Positions 10,923-22,919 of a stretch of DNA of 64,000 nt are shown here, in pieces (within the stretch, counting starts at the first letter, position 1; each line of letters opens with the position of its first letter). The stretch comes from Peribolospora baueri (Eukaryota), in the NCBI GenBank assembly GCA_029717555.1, contig JAMDHS010000001.1, positions 248,001-312,000 of the forward strand, given 5' to 3'. A model generated the notes under the pieces. The model searched no databases. It saw only the letters and a list, made by a program, of their open reading frames with translations, and was not told the DNA's origin. A program made the translations under genes and the position numbers.

Positions 10923-12299
10923 ATGGCTCACTCGTGGAAGGACAACTTGCTCCTCAAGGTCGTCAACTTGATCGCCTACTTCTTCTTCCTCGGCTCCAAC
11001 GTGAGTCCCGCGCAGTCTGGCCGTGCCCAGCCAATGGCACCCGCTTGTCCTCTTTCCTCCCACTCCCACCCGTCTTTCGACTCACGCTGCATTTTTTTTG
11101 CCTCGTTCGCGCCTCGCCTCCCTCCTTACCATCCCTCGCAGCTTTACGGCTTCCTCGGCGCCAAAGGCGCCGGCAAGGAAACCTACTTCACCCCTGCTCA
11201 ATGGGTGCTCATCGTCTGGCCCATCATTCACCTCCTCCTCCTCGGCTTCGTCGTGAGTGCTGGATGAAGTGCAAGCCGTACCCCGTGAGCCGTCAGCGCC
11301 GTATTGACGACCACGTGACTTTCCCTGTGCGCCTGCGCTCCCACCAGATCTACCAATTCTTCGAGCCCGCCCACTCCACCGTCGTTGAGGGTGTCTCCTG
11401 GCGCTTCCCCCTCCTTTGCGTCCTGAACGCCATCTATGCCAACCTCTTCGTCCATGGCCACTACATCGTCGCTTTCGTATTCATGCTCCTTGTCAGCTTG
11501 ACCGTCAGCCATAGTGAGTCTCTCCTCTCCATCGGCCCTCCCCCCTCCTCACCCTTTCCGCTCACACCTTGCTCTCATTCCCCAGTCTACAGGAGCTTGG
11601 CCGTCCACCACCCCGTTCAGACGCTCTCCGACGCCAGTGAGTTGCCTTGCAAGGAACACGATGTCCACGTCCCCAACCATTCTCACTGACGTGCTCCCCT
11701 TCTCCCAGTCTTCGTCCACCTCCCCTTCTCCCTCTGGCACGGCTTCTCCGTCGTCCTCGTTATCGCTACTGCCTTCGCCGCCTTTGGCGTCGACAAGCAC
11801 ACCGAGAACGCCGGCATTGCCACCAAGATCCTCGTCTTTGTTGCCCTCTTCTTCCTTGAGAGCACCTCTGCGGCCTACGTCTACTACGGGTGAGTGCGAC
11901 CGGCGAGATCTGGCCCCGAAACGCCAATGCCCTGATTTCTGACGCCGCACTCCGTCCTTCTTCCTCGTTTACGGCTCCACAGCGAAGGCGACGTCGCCGG
12001 TGCGGCCGTCATCTGCTTCGCCATCTTCGGTATCTTCATGGAGCAGACCGAGGACAGGTTCATCCACTGGTCCGCCCTCGTCTGTGCGTTCCTTTCCTCG
12101 TCCCTTCCTTCTGTCAAACCAGTCCCATGCGCACGCTGACTGACCGCATCCCGTCTGCCACTCTCCCTTCGCTCGCTCTCTGCCAGTCTTCATCATCTCC
12201 CTCCTTGCCGTCGTGCAGGCCGTCATCCGCGCCTTCCGCGCTAGGCGCGACTCTGCCGTCGTCGAGGCCGACCCCGAGCGCGCCCCTCTCGTCGCGTAA
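10923..12299 (+). CDS. Conserved-looking fungal multi-pass membrane protein, multi-exon
   Basis: MAHSWKDNLLLKVVNLIAYFFFLGSN, KETYFTPAQWVLIVWPIIHLLLLG, FVHLPFSLWHGFSVVL; several hydrophobic exons joined by GT-AG introns; stop TAA 12297-12299. Confidence 0.75.
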
Positions 12300-12523
12300 A
12301 TTCCGACGACGGCCGCCCAAGTCGCCGTGTCTCTGTCACGCCACAGTACCTGCCCTCGTGCAACCGGCCCCTGAACGACCCGCGCGGCGACGAGAGAAAG
12401 TCCAACCAAATCCCAATCCCCTAACCCCAACCAACGTGATCCAAGTCCTCATCACGGTGCCCGAATCGCTCCGACCCGTTGTCGGACCTTGTCTTGTGCC
12501 TATGTCTCGCTCAGTTTTCCATT

Positions 12524-12610
12524 GTTCAGTTCGTCTCCGCCGTTCAGTTCGTTTCTGCCGTTCAATTCGCCTCCGTCGTTCAGATCATTTATTGTTCAGT
12601 TCGTCTCCTT
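12524..12610. repeat. Minisatellite, ~18-bp unit GTTCAGTTCGTCTCCGCC, about 5 degenerate copies
   Basis: gttcagttcgtctccgcc / gttcagttcgtttctgcc / gttcaattcgcctccgtc / gttcagatcatttatt / gttcagttcgtctcctt, between convergent genes. Confidence 0.8.
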
Positions 12611-12828
12611 CATCTTGCCATGAGTTTCATGAGCGTTCCCCTGTAGTCCATGTAAAGACTGCTCGTCATGCTTGCCTGTCTAGCGGCCTGTTCCTGGGAA
12701 ACACATCTTTATCTTATTGACGATGGGTCCGGCATCTATGAGAGAAACGAAGAAGGAGCGACCACTTCCTTCACTCAGGCCGCCTCGACGCCAGCAAAGG
12801 CCATGCTCGCGTCCGCCGAAGGGTCCTG

Positions 12829-15800
12829 TCAGTCCGCAAACAGGGTCGCCAGATCTTCCAGAGTCTGCCTCTTGTTCGCCTCGTTCGCCCCACCCAGAGC
12901 GCTCGACACGAGCGCGTTCTTGCGCTTCTGGATGGCGAGAATGCGGTCTTCGATCGTGTCCTCAACCTGTACGAGTACGAGCACGAGTGTGCGCACGCAG
13001 GAGGTCACTCAAGGCCCGATGCGGTGAGGAGATGAGGGAAAGGGAAATGTCAGACGCACGATGAAACGATGGACAAAGACAGGCTGCGTCTGGCCTAGCC
13101 GATGCACGCGGTCGATGCCCTGTTGCTCCGTCGAGCTGTTCCACCACGCGTCCAGCAGCCATACGTGGTTTGCCGCGGTCACTGGAGGAGCAAGCAAGCC
13201 GTCGTCAGCGAGGCGGCGAGCGGCGTTGAACGGTCCCACAATATTTCTTCACCCACAGTTGAGACCGACTCCACCGGCTCGGAGCGAGATCAAAAAGACG
13301 ACAGACTTGTGGTTCTCGTTCTGCCATGTCACAAAGCCGTCAGTCGTATCAGGGCGTATAGCAGTCTCAACCTATCGCTCTTCCGTGGGAGCACTCACAA
13401 ACTCGCGAAGGACCTTCTCCCGGTCCTTTTGGCTCATGGAGCCGTCGAGCCGCAGGAACGGGTGATGATTGCGCTTGAGGACGACCTCTGCATGAGCGAG
13501 TGGCGACGGATCTTTCAGCCACAATCACTCGAACACGTACGAACCGGCTCACACCCACCTACGAGGTCCAGAAAACTCGTGAATTGTGACTGGACCAAAA
13601 GCGAGCCGGACGAGTCAGAGAAAGATGGACGCGTCGACGTCCCGGAAGCCTTCACAACTCACGAACACGACCCCTTTGAAACCCGGGCTTTCGCGGCGAA
13701 GCTTGTTAAGGTGCTCCATCAGCGCGTCTAACTTGGTGCTGGATTGAAAATCGTTCTTGCGGAAGAACACCGCTGGTTCCGAACCTTGGCTGCTCTCCGG
13801 GGCCGCTCTCTCATCACCGCCGTCGTCTCCAATGTCATCGGCTTCCGAAAGCGCGGCCGCGACCTTGTTCCTGTGCGGCTTGGTACGTACGAGCTCGATG
13901 AGGTCTTCGACCATAACCGGACCGTTGCGACAAGTCGGGCACGTGGGCTTTGTAATATCGGCGGAGAAAACCATCCCGCGACGTAAGCGACAGATGCAAG
14001 CGAGGGCATATGAGAGGAAGTAGATCGGACCTCACCTCTTCTCCGCTATCCTCACATCGCTGGAGATGCTCGATGATGCACTGCTTGCATCCGTTGTGCA
14101 TACATGCCGGTAGGTACACCGGGGTGACCATGGTCTCGAAGCAGATCGCACACTCGTCCTCCCCTTCCTCGTCGAGGCTCTTCAAAAGCTTCTCTAGCAC
14201 CTGACTCGCGTAGGTGTCACCTCCGCTTGGAGAGTCCGTGCCGTCGCGCGAGCCAGAAGCGAAGCGTGCGACCAGCTGCTTGACGTCCAACGGAAGTCCG
14301 ACGTCCCCCAGGTTGCTGCCAGGTCCTCCAACCCTTTCACTGCCTTTTCCGAGAACGAGTAGCGGATGACAGACGGCTTGGCGGAGCCTCATGAGCACCG
14401 AAAAGATGACGGAAAAGTTCTTCGAAACGGTCCCCTCCCGAGCGAAACGTTCATACTGGATCCGGGCGTTGTTGTAGACGTTCTTGTACACCTCACGCTC
14501 CTGAGGCGAAAATTTGAGTCTTTCGATGGTGACCTGAGATGCGAGGGAGAGATGAGACACAATATCACGAAACCTCCTAGTCCTTCGTAGAGTCCAAACT
14601 CACCGTCTTCGGAGGAAGCTCGACGATCAGCTTCCCATCCTTGTCTTTCATCTTCTTCTCTCGGCGTAAGAGGACGCTCTCGAGCACGACCTGCACAACG
14701 TCCAGCGCCTTTGGGTCTTTCTTGGCGAACGGCCTGCCGATGAAGCTATTGAAGAAGGAGAAGTCGCCCCATGGCTCGACCTTGAGGAAGTGCAGCAAGG
14801 AGAACAGGTCCGTCAGGCGGTTAACGATCGGTGTGCCCGTCAATGCCCAACGCCGCTTGGCCCTGAGCGCATAGACAGCCTTGGCGTTCTTGGTGAGCCG
14901 ACTTCGAATGATGTGCGCCTCATCCAGGATGACCCTGAACCAGCCCACCGCGTAAAGCGCTGACTTGGCGCTTCGGTTGGTGTTACCCTCTTCAACGAAC
15001 TTCTTGTATTCAGAGACAAGAGTGCCGTAGCTGAAGAGAGAATGAGACTCAGTCAAGGAACTTGGAAGAACGCGTGTCGCGATAGTTAACTCACCTTGTT
15101 ATCACGACATCCAATCCACCGACATCGAGCGAGGTGACGAGGTCTCCTTTTTCTCTTCCCTGGCCGTAGTAAATCATGACGCCGAGATTTTCATTTGTTC
15201 TCTCCAACTCGCTCTTCCATTGGCCCAAAAGGCTCATGGGTGCCACGACGAGGGTCGCCTGTCCATCGGTTTTGGGGCGGGGCACTGACGACGTACCCGA
15301 CGCAACGGCCGCAAAGGCTGAGATGATCGACGTCTGACGCTTTGAGTTGGCGACGGTCTCTGTACGAACGACGCCAGCGGGGAAGCTGCTGGACTCGACG
15401 GCTGGTGAACGGCTGCGTGCTCGATCGCTAGGCTGGTCATCGCAATTCGAAGAAATGAGAGCGGCTATCATAATTGTCTTCCCAAGGCCCATCTGCAGCC
15501 ATAGCAAGGGCAAGAAGCAACTGTGAGGCGCTCGCTCGGCTCTCGTTTTGCCATGATCACATCAGGGCTCACCTCGTCAGCCAGTATCCCACCCTTGCAG
15601 CGTTGAGCAGCCCGGGGAAAGGAGAGAGAGAGCGCGCCTGAATACGGAGAGAAGTAAAATGGATCGGTCGAGTTGGGGAAAAGATATCTGAAATGGAAGC
15701 GCCGGAAGGAAAACGAGCGGTTTGAGTGTGTGCCCGCTCGAGGAATTGCAAGCGCAAAGCAGCAGCGATGCTCACTCTTCCCACAATGGATGTATACTCC

Positions 15801-17271
15801 CCTCGCTGTCTCCATCGCGGCCACCTTCTCCATCTCCGTCCTCCATCCTCGTCATCCAGCCCAAAGCTTGCTTTTGATATGGCCTCAGTGTGAGCACGAA
15901 GCAGTCTGACGGTTCCATCTCGGGCAGATCCGAGTCATGCAGCTGGGCCTTCTGGTAGACGATGTCGAGCTGGCCTGCAGAGAGCTCCGTTCCATCGTTT
16001 TCGTCATCGCCTCCGCCATCGGTGTCGTCCTTGGCAGAGGTACCATTCACCGTCTTGGAGGACGACGGGGAGATGGATCGGGCTTTTGAGAAGGCGGCAG
16101 CGAGAGACTGCTGTCCGGCCTCCACAGAAGAGCCGCCCTCATTCGCCTTTGTCTTGGCTTTTCCGCCTCTCTCTGCTCTGAGCAGCTTCGCCGCCGCATC
16201 GCCTCCCTGCGCTCCGTCTCCTCCCCAGATGTCCAGCTCTGCCGTGCTGTCAAATTTGCCGGCCTCCTTGTGCTCCTTCAGGACGTCGTTGGTGCGGACT
16301 GGTGTGAGACCGATAGCGTTGAAGAGCCGAAGCAGTGCAAACTTGTGCTCGCGTAGGAGCTTTTCCGAAGCTGTCTCGGCCGTCTCGCGCCTGAACGAGT
16401 CGAGGGTGTCGGACTCCGAGGTGCCGACTCCGTACAAAGGCCACGCGGTGAATGCGCTGGGGAGAATATAGGCGTTCAGAGAGAGGATCACGTCCGAGCC
16501 AGTAACCAGGGACGGCGGACAGGCTACGACCGTCCCCTCGAAGTAGCAGATATCCAAGTCGATTAACTTGGAGATCCATATCGCGACGTCCTGCGGAAGC
16601 CGCCCCACCTCGAAGCCTTGCCACCGGCAGGAAAAGCCAGCGAAGACGAGTCAACCATGGACGTTTCGCCATCATGAAAGCGCAACAAGGGGAGATGACT
16701 CACCTCTGACATTAGTGAACCTGACGATGTTGTTCTCCTTCCCCTTGGCAACAGAAGTGACTGTCTTGGAAATCACCTCCGTCTTCTTCGCTTTGCCCTT
16801 CCCCACAGTCCTGGTCACCGTCTTCGTCTTCGGAGGAGGCAAGGGCTTGGGTCTCGCGCGGTCAATCAAGACGCGATCCCCTTCCTGGATATAGTTGGGG
16901 CCCTTGCTGGTGGACCAAGCGCTGACGACGAACTCGCCGATGAACCGTTTCGACTCGAGCTTGTCCGAGGCCGGGTGGCGGCGGGATGGTGAGCGGGAGG
17001 TTGTCCGTGTTCGCTTACGACGAAACAGAGAATCGCCATCAGGAGAACGGGAGCGAACAGGAGACTCGACTTGGTCGACGGTATTAGCGTGGCCGTTTAG
17101 AGTCGTAGTAGGCGCGGCGACATCCATGTTGTCGTGCTGGGCTCGACCGCCGACGGAGGTCCCGTCCTCCTGGGTCACCACCTGCCCGTCATCGTCATCC
17201 GCGAAGAAGAGGCGCTTCTTGACCGGCAGTCTGGGGCTTTGGCGCATCGTAGGCGGTGAAGGATGTTCCAT
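12829..17271 (-). CDS. RAD5: DNA repair protein Rad5 (HIRAN + SNF2 ATPase + RING), multi-exon
   Basis: HIRAN ([36 protein letters not shown]), [90 protein letters not shown]. Start ATG 17271 is inferred. Confidence 0.92.
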
Positions 17272-17537
17272 CGCCTCGATGTGCAACCCATGCTCAAAGC
17301 GTGGTGGCAGCGAAGACACGTCGCGCTCGGCGAATGTGGCGTCGACATAATCTCTCCTTCCATCTCATTTACGCGTCGACGCGCTTCGCGCCGGATCAGA
17401 TCATGCAATTTACTCCCCCCTCGACGAAGGAGCTCGTAAAGCCTCTCTACATTCAAAGACGGCATGCGTCGTCGGTGAACGCTAAAAGTACAAGGCGCAA
17501 GAAACAAAGGAAACGTCGGAGACCAGGTGGACACTTC

Positions 17538-20500
17538 TTAGCCGAACAAAATGCTCAACTCCTCCTTCCTAGCCTCCTTCCTGTCCCTCCCTTCGACGCC
17601 ACCCAAACCCTGACCGGCGATACGTATCTTGCGCTTCTGAATCTCCAGCATCTTCTCCTCGATCGAATTCTTAATGATGAACCGCGTCATGACAACAGGA
17701 TGCATTTGACCCATTCGGTGGACTCGGTCGAACGCTGCAAGTGTTAATGATGGAGATCAGAATGGATTGTGAGCAGAGGTAGACAGGTAGCTGAAGAAGA
17801 CACCCACCCTGGTTCTCTACCGCTGGATTCCAAAACGGGTCCATGAGATAGGCCCTAGAAGCGGATGTGAGGTTCAGACCAACGCCTCCCGCGCGCAACG
17901 ACACCAGCAGCACTTCCACGCCCTGATCGCGCTTAAAGCTGTCCAGGGCCGCTGCCCGGGCCGGTCGGGCCATGGATCCGTCTAGACGTGCGAAGCGGAT
18001 CTTGTGCAAACATAGAAGGGCTTGGATGCGGTCCAGCATACGCGTCCACTGATGACGCATAAACGTTCGTAAAATGCGTCAATGAGATAAACTCTTTCGA
18101 AAACCGGAGGCGCAAAAACTCACTTGCGAGAAGACGACACTCTTGATCGGCTCATATCTGCCCTCCTCCAAGCCCATGAGCGGTCGGACTAGCACCTTCG
18201 CTTTCGGTCTACTCTGGCCGTCCCCGGAAGGTTCGGCCGCAACATGGACCAGCTTCGGGGCGTCAGGCGTGAAATTGGCGCTTGCCGGATTACACATGGA
18301 GAATGGCATGAGGTCATCAATGAGCGCTCGCGTCTTTGTCGAATGCTCACTGAGGCGAGGGTGCTGGTGGGTCGGCTGAGGTGACTTTGTGTCCGTGCGG
18401 GGGGGCTTCAACTTCGCTACGCTCGGAAGAGTGGGGGCTTGCGTGTCCCCACCGCTCAAGGCCTTCTCGTCCTTCACTACCCTGGCCTCCCCTTCAGTCT
18501 GTCCTTTCACAGTTTCCTCCGTGTCCGAGAATCCCTCGCTCTGATCGCTCTTGACTGTCCGTGGACTTGAAGGCCCGGAAGGCATCCTGCTGTCCGGAGC
18601 CTCAGTGGCAGCGAAATCGGACGGCTCCAGCTGAAGCGCATCAAGAAGAGGCGACAGAACGAACTTGCAAACGGAGCACTCGTGACGAGCTTCGCCAGAG
18701 GGCGACGGCCATTGCGGGCAGACGCTCTGCTTGAAACACTGCGACAAGGATGTAGGTAGCCAGTGGAAGCGACGCGTAAGTAACGTTGCTGAGGCGGCTC
18801 TTCACAACTCGTGCAACTCACCTTCGAGCAGAAGACGTGCTGGCATCTCGTCAGAACAGGCCTCAAAGACTCGCCGCCATCCAACTTCGGCATGGCAACG
18901 TCGCTTTCCTGAGGAGTGCTCGTCTCGCTGCGATCCTTTTCCGCCTTGCGGGAGCGCGTATTGGTCTTCGTCGGCTTAACGTCGACGTCGTCGTCTGCGA
19001 GCGCAAGCGAGGCTTCCTCCACAGTGTCCGCAAGATCTCTACCGCACTTGACGCAAGCGGCCTGTTCTATGTCGCGGAACAGAGCGAAGAGGGCAGCGGC
19101 CTTCTGTTTGGTCAAGCCATCCTCCCGAATGCTCCTGATCAAGTCCGTGTCACCAGCTCTGAACCGTACAGCGTCTTTGCTATCGTCGACGAGACCAGAA
19201 TGGTCGCATGCCATGCGCAGAATGAGCAGCTCCTGAAGGATGGTCGCGTAGTTCGTGGACACGGTGTCGTTCCTCGCCATTTCCAGATAGTCGGCCCGAT
19301 AGCGCGAGTGCAGCGTCGTGTAGCGAGCCTTTTCGCGCTCGTCGAAACTGAGATAGACGATGCGGCCATACCGAGCCGGAAGCGTGAGCAGTGGTTTTCC
19401 GTCGGGCCGTATCGAACCCTTCGTCCGGCGAATGGTGAGGAATTTCATGACCGTCTGGACTCGCACCAACGCCATTGAGTCCGCGTTTTCCAATGCATCC
19501 GAAGCAGCTTCCAGACCGCGAGGCTTTGGCTGTCCCATGTATTGGTTCCACACGGATCGATCAGTAAACGGATGGAGACGCAAAAACTTGATGAGGGCGA
19601 AGAGGTCGTCCATACGATTCTGAATTGGCGTGCCGGTCAGACAGAGACGACGTTGTGCAGACAGGTTGCATACCGCCTTGCTTTGAAGTGTCGATGCTTC
19701 TTTGATGACGCTTTGTTTAGAGCGACAGCGAGGTCAGACGTAACCAGAGGTGGATACAAAAATTCAAAAATGTGGAAGAAGCAGGTTGCAACTCACTGCG
19801 CCTCGTCCAAGACGATCCTAAACCACTCCACCCTCTGCAGAGTGTTAGGGCTCTCCTTCGCTTCTCGCTTTGCCGACTTCTTCTTTTGTCCGTTCTTCCC
19901 TGCCTTGCCCTTACCCTTCGACAAAACGTTGCCTTGAGCATCGACCAGTTCGATATCGCTGTCCCCACCGCACCAATCTCTATCGCCCAAATCCTTTCGA
20001 GACTGTTTCGACGAATCGTCGTCATCCACATTCCAAGTGCGTTGGTTGGAAAACTCACTCCCGAGAGTAGAATAGGTGGTGAGAACGACGTCGTAATTGG
20101 CAAGCTGGTCGGGATCCGTGATACGCGAGCTTCCGTGATACACATACACGGATGGAGGTGATTCCGCAGACCAGTGCTCACTGATCTGGTCTTCCTGTTG
20201 AGGGAAGGGGGTTCCAAGGACGACGAAAAAGCCGACAAAGTTAAGAGACTATCAACTCCTACCACGCACAGGTAACTATACGACGACTCACCCAGTTGGA
20301 AATGATGCTCAAGGGACATACGATCAAAGTTGCCCGACACCGCCGCTCAAGCGCTTCTAGTCTCCGCTTCTTCGCAATCCTCTGCTGTTCACCCCTTTTC
20401 CTCTTCTTGCCCTTTGAAGTATCTCCCGAATAACTGGACGGATGGGAGTGCACAAAACCCAGTGAGAAATCTGTAGGCTGGACGTCATCGTCACTCTCGT

Positions 20501-22586
20501 CGGTGGCCAACTCCGGCGGCAGAGGAGGGAGAGCCGAATCGCCAAAGTCTCTTGCTTCCGGCAACGTCTTTGCTATCAAAGCAATGACTGTGATTGTCTT
20601 GCCCAGACCCATCTGCAAAACCGACGAAGGAGACCGTCAATCCCACTTGAACGAGTCACGCAGGTTGAGGAACGGGACTCACGTCATCGGCCAGAATGGC
20701 ACCTCGACATACCTCCGGCCTACTTTTCGTCTCAGTCTGTGTGACGACGTTAAAGTACGATTCGATCCTGCCCCGACTGTCTCGTCTCGACTGCCACAGG
20801 CTGATAGTGCCGCTACCGTCGTCTCCTGACGGCTCCTCCTTCCCTTTGCCCTTTGGGTTTTGAGCTGGTCGTGATCGCTGCTGGGAGCTAGAGGACCAAC
20901 CGCCCTCTGAGGTAGGAGCCGAAGCAGCTTTCTCAAATGAGCGATCAGCCTCCCGCGAGAGCAGAAACGTGAGGGCTTGCTTCTGATGCGAATATAAAGG
21001 AGTACTGATGAGGGGTCCTGGGATATAAGAAGAAAGTAAGATGAGCCAAGAGGGAAACGGAAATATGAGAACATGCCGCTGTACAAAAAAACGAGGGAGC
21101 ACACTCTCACCTGGGTCGGTGTCCTCCAAGTCTTCGCCGCCTCGAAGACTTCCATAAACTTGCTCGATTTGGGTCCTCCTCTGCTCATCGTTCATCTCCT
21201 TGCTAGGAACAAGAAACATGCCGTTCCCGCCTAATCCCATCGAGATCAGGCGGGCTCGATCCATGTCCTTCGAGTAGCCACCAACGGGAGGGTTGTGCGG
21301 ATTGACGTACGGAGGCGATCGTGGGTAGTCGAAGGGATCGTAACTTTTAGGGTGCTGGAGCGTAAGTGTTGCTTCCTCCAGCACTTTCGAGATGTGCGGC
21401 AAGGATGAGCGGCGTGCGAAAACGAGGAGCTCCACAGGATGGAAAAAATTCTAGAAGCCGAGATATAAAAAAAAAAAAAAAAAAAAGAGGTTAGGACAAG
21501 AAAGCCACAAATGGGAACACATATGTGGCAACTTACGGAAGACCTGCCGGGTAATTTCCTTGCCCGAGCGTCCACGAACACCTGACCACTACCGATCAAA
21601 GGACCAATAGCTTGGGCAGCCGCCTGGGAGAGAATGGCAAAGTCTTCCTGAACCGCATGATGGCCGCTCTGCGGAGTACAAAAGCTGACGGCGACCTCGG
21701 CCTTATGACCGACAGGGTATCCTACGGTCCATCCGGACGGCAGTTGTCGTTCTGGCAAGGAGCGGTCGATCGGCGGATGATACGTGAGGGTGAGCGGTGC
21801 GTATCCTTGGGCGCGAGCCCATCCGTAACAGCGGGCATCGTAAGCGGGACCGTCCTGGAGGAGACCGTCGGGGAAACCGTACGTGAGGAGCATAACCGTC
21901 TCGATTGCGCCACAGCAGACGATGCCATCGGTCCTCTCTTCGTCCACCTCGATCTCCTTCTCCGCCCTCTTCTCCGAGACAAAAACCGGCTCGTCTCCAT
22001 CGTCGCCGGTAAGGTCGATAACACCCGTGTCGATAGATATAGGTCGTGAAAGCGAGTGTGAGGAAGGCGTAGAATCCTGCATAGTTCCCTCTTGAAATGT
22101 GCTATTGAAGTCTTTGGGCGCTGGTTGCCCTACGTTCGAAGGCTGTCCCGCTTTCGAACGATCGAGAAGAGCGTTGGGTACACGGGCATGAGCTCCATCG
22201 ATTACGGGAACGCTTCCTGGAGGTTTGTTCTCCGTTTCAAGGGCAGCTGACCCATCGCGTTCTCGTGGTGGCGTCGAGCTGGCCGTCTTGCCCTTGTGAA
22301 GCTGGCGGTATTCGTCCAGCTGCTGTGACACCCATTCTGGCCCGGAGGCGCCATCGGAACCCTCTGCTTTCACATGAGCAGCCTCTGGATGTGTGAACAA
22401 GGTCACTCCCACCCCATCGCGCCGCTGGGCCTCCAGGTCGCCCTCCATCTGGCCTAACATCGGGTGCGTTTCGCTGCTGGCTTTGTTCGTCTGATCGGCG
22501 CTTCCGCCAGCAGTCAGACTGATCCCCGTGGCGGGATGGGCGTAGAACAATGGTGGAGAGGGTGTCCCTGAAGACTGCCGATTCAT
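17538..22586 (-). CDS. Second Rad5/16-family (HLTF/SMARCA3-like) SNF2 helicase with RING finger, multi-exon
   Basis: PLYSHQKQALTFL, GAILADD-MGLGKT, TLIVCPLSIISNW, YDVVLTTYSTL, WFRIVLDEAH, LTGTPIQNRMDDLF, split [45 protein letters not shown]. Start codon uncertain. Confidence 0.88.
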
Positions 22587-22919
22587 TTGCTTGTAGACGC
22601 ACTCTCCGCGGTGAGCATGCACTGCAACCTCTTCGACGGAGCGAAAGGACGCAACCTAGCGCAACGACCAACCGAGTGAAATGCTGGCCCGCGCTCCGTC
22701 GCTGCCGGGCGAGAAAGATGTCGATTCGACGCAGAGAAAAATGCTGCAGGCGTGGATTGTGCCGTAAAATGGCAAAAAGATACGAGGTATGGTAGAAATA
22801 CAGGCGGATGGCATAGTGAACGAAGGGGACACAAGACGAAGAGATCGAGGGTTGCGTGTCCGAGGGGCGGCTGACTCAGCAGAACGTCCACGTGACGGAC
22901 GACAACGAGAACCCCCCTT

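Noticed and set aside
21467..21487. Poly(A) run (and poly(T) at ~63114-63136) as retroposon tails
   Set aside because: Intronic polypyrimidine tract and 3' UTR homopolymer; no TSD or element body.
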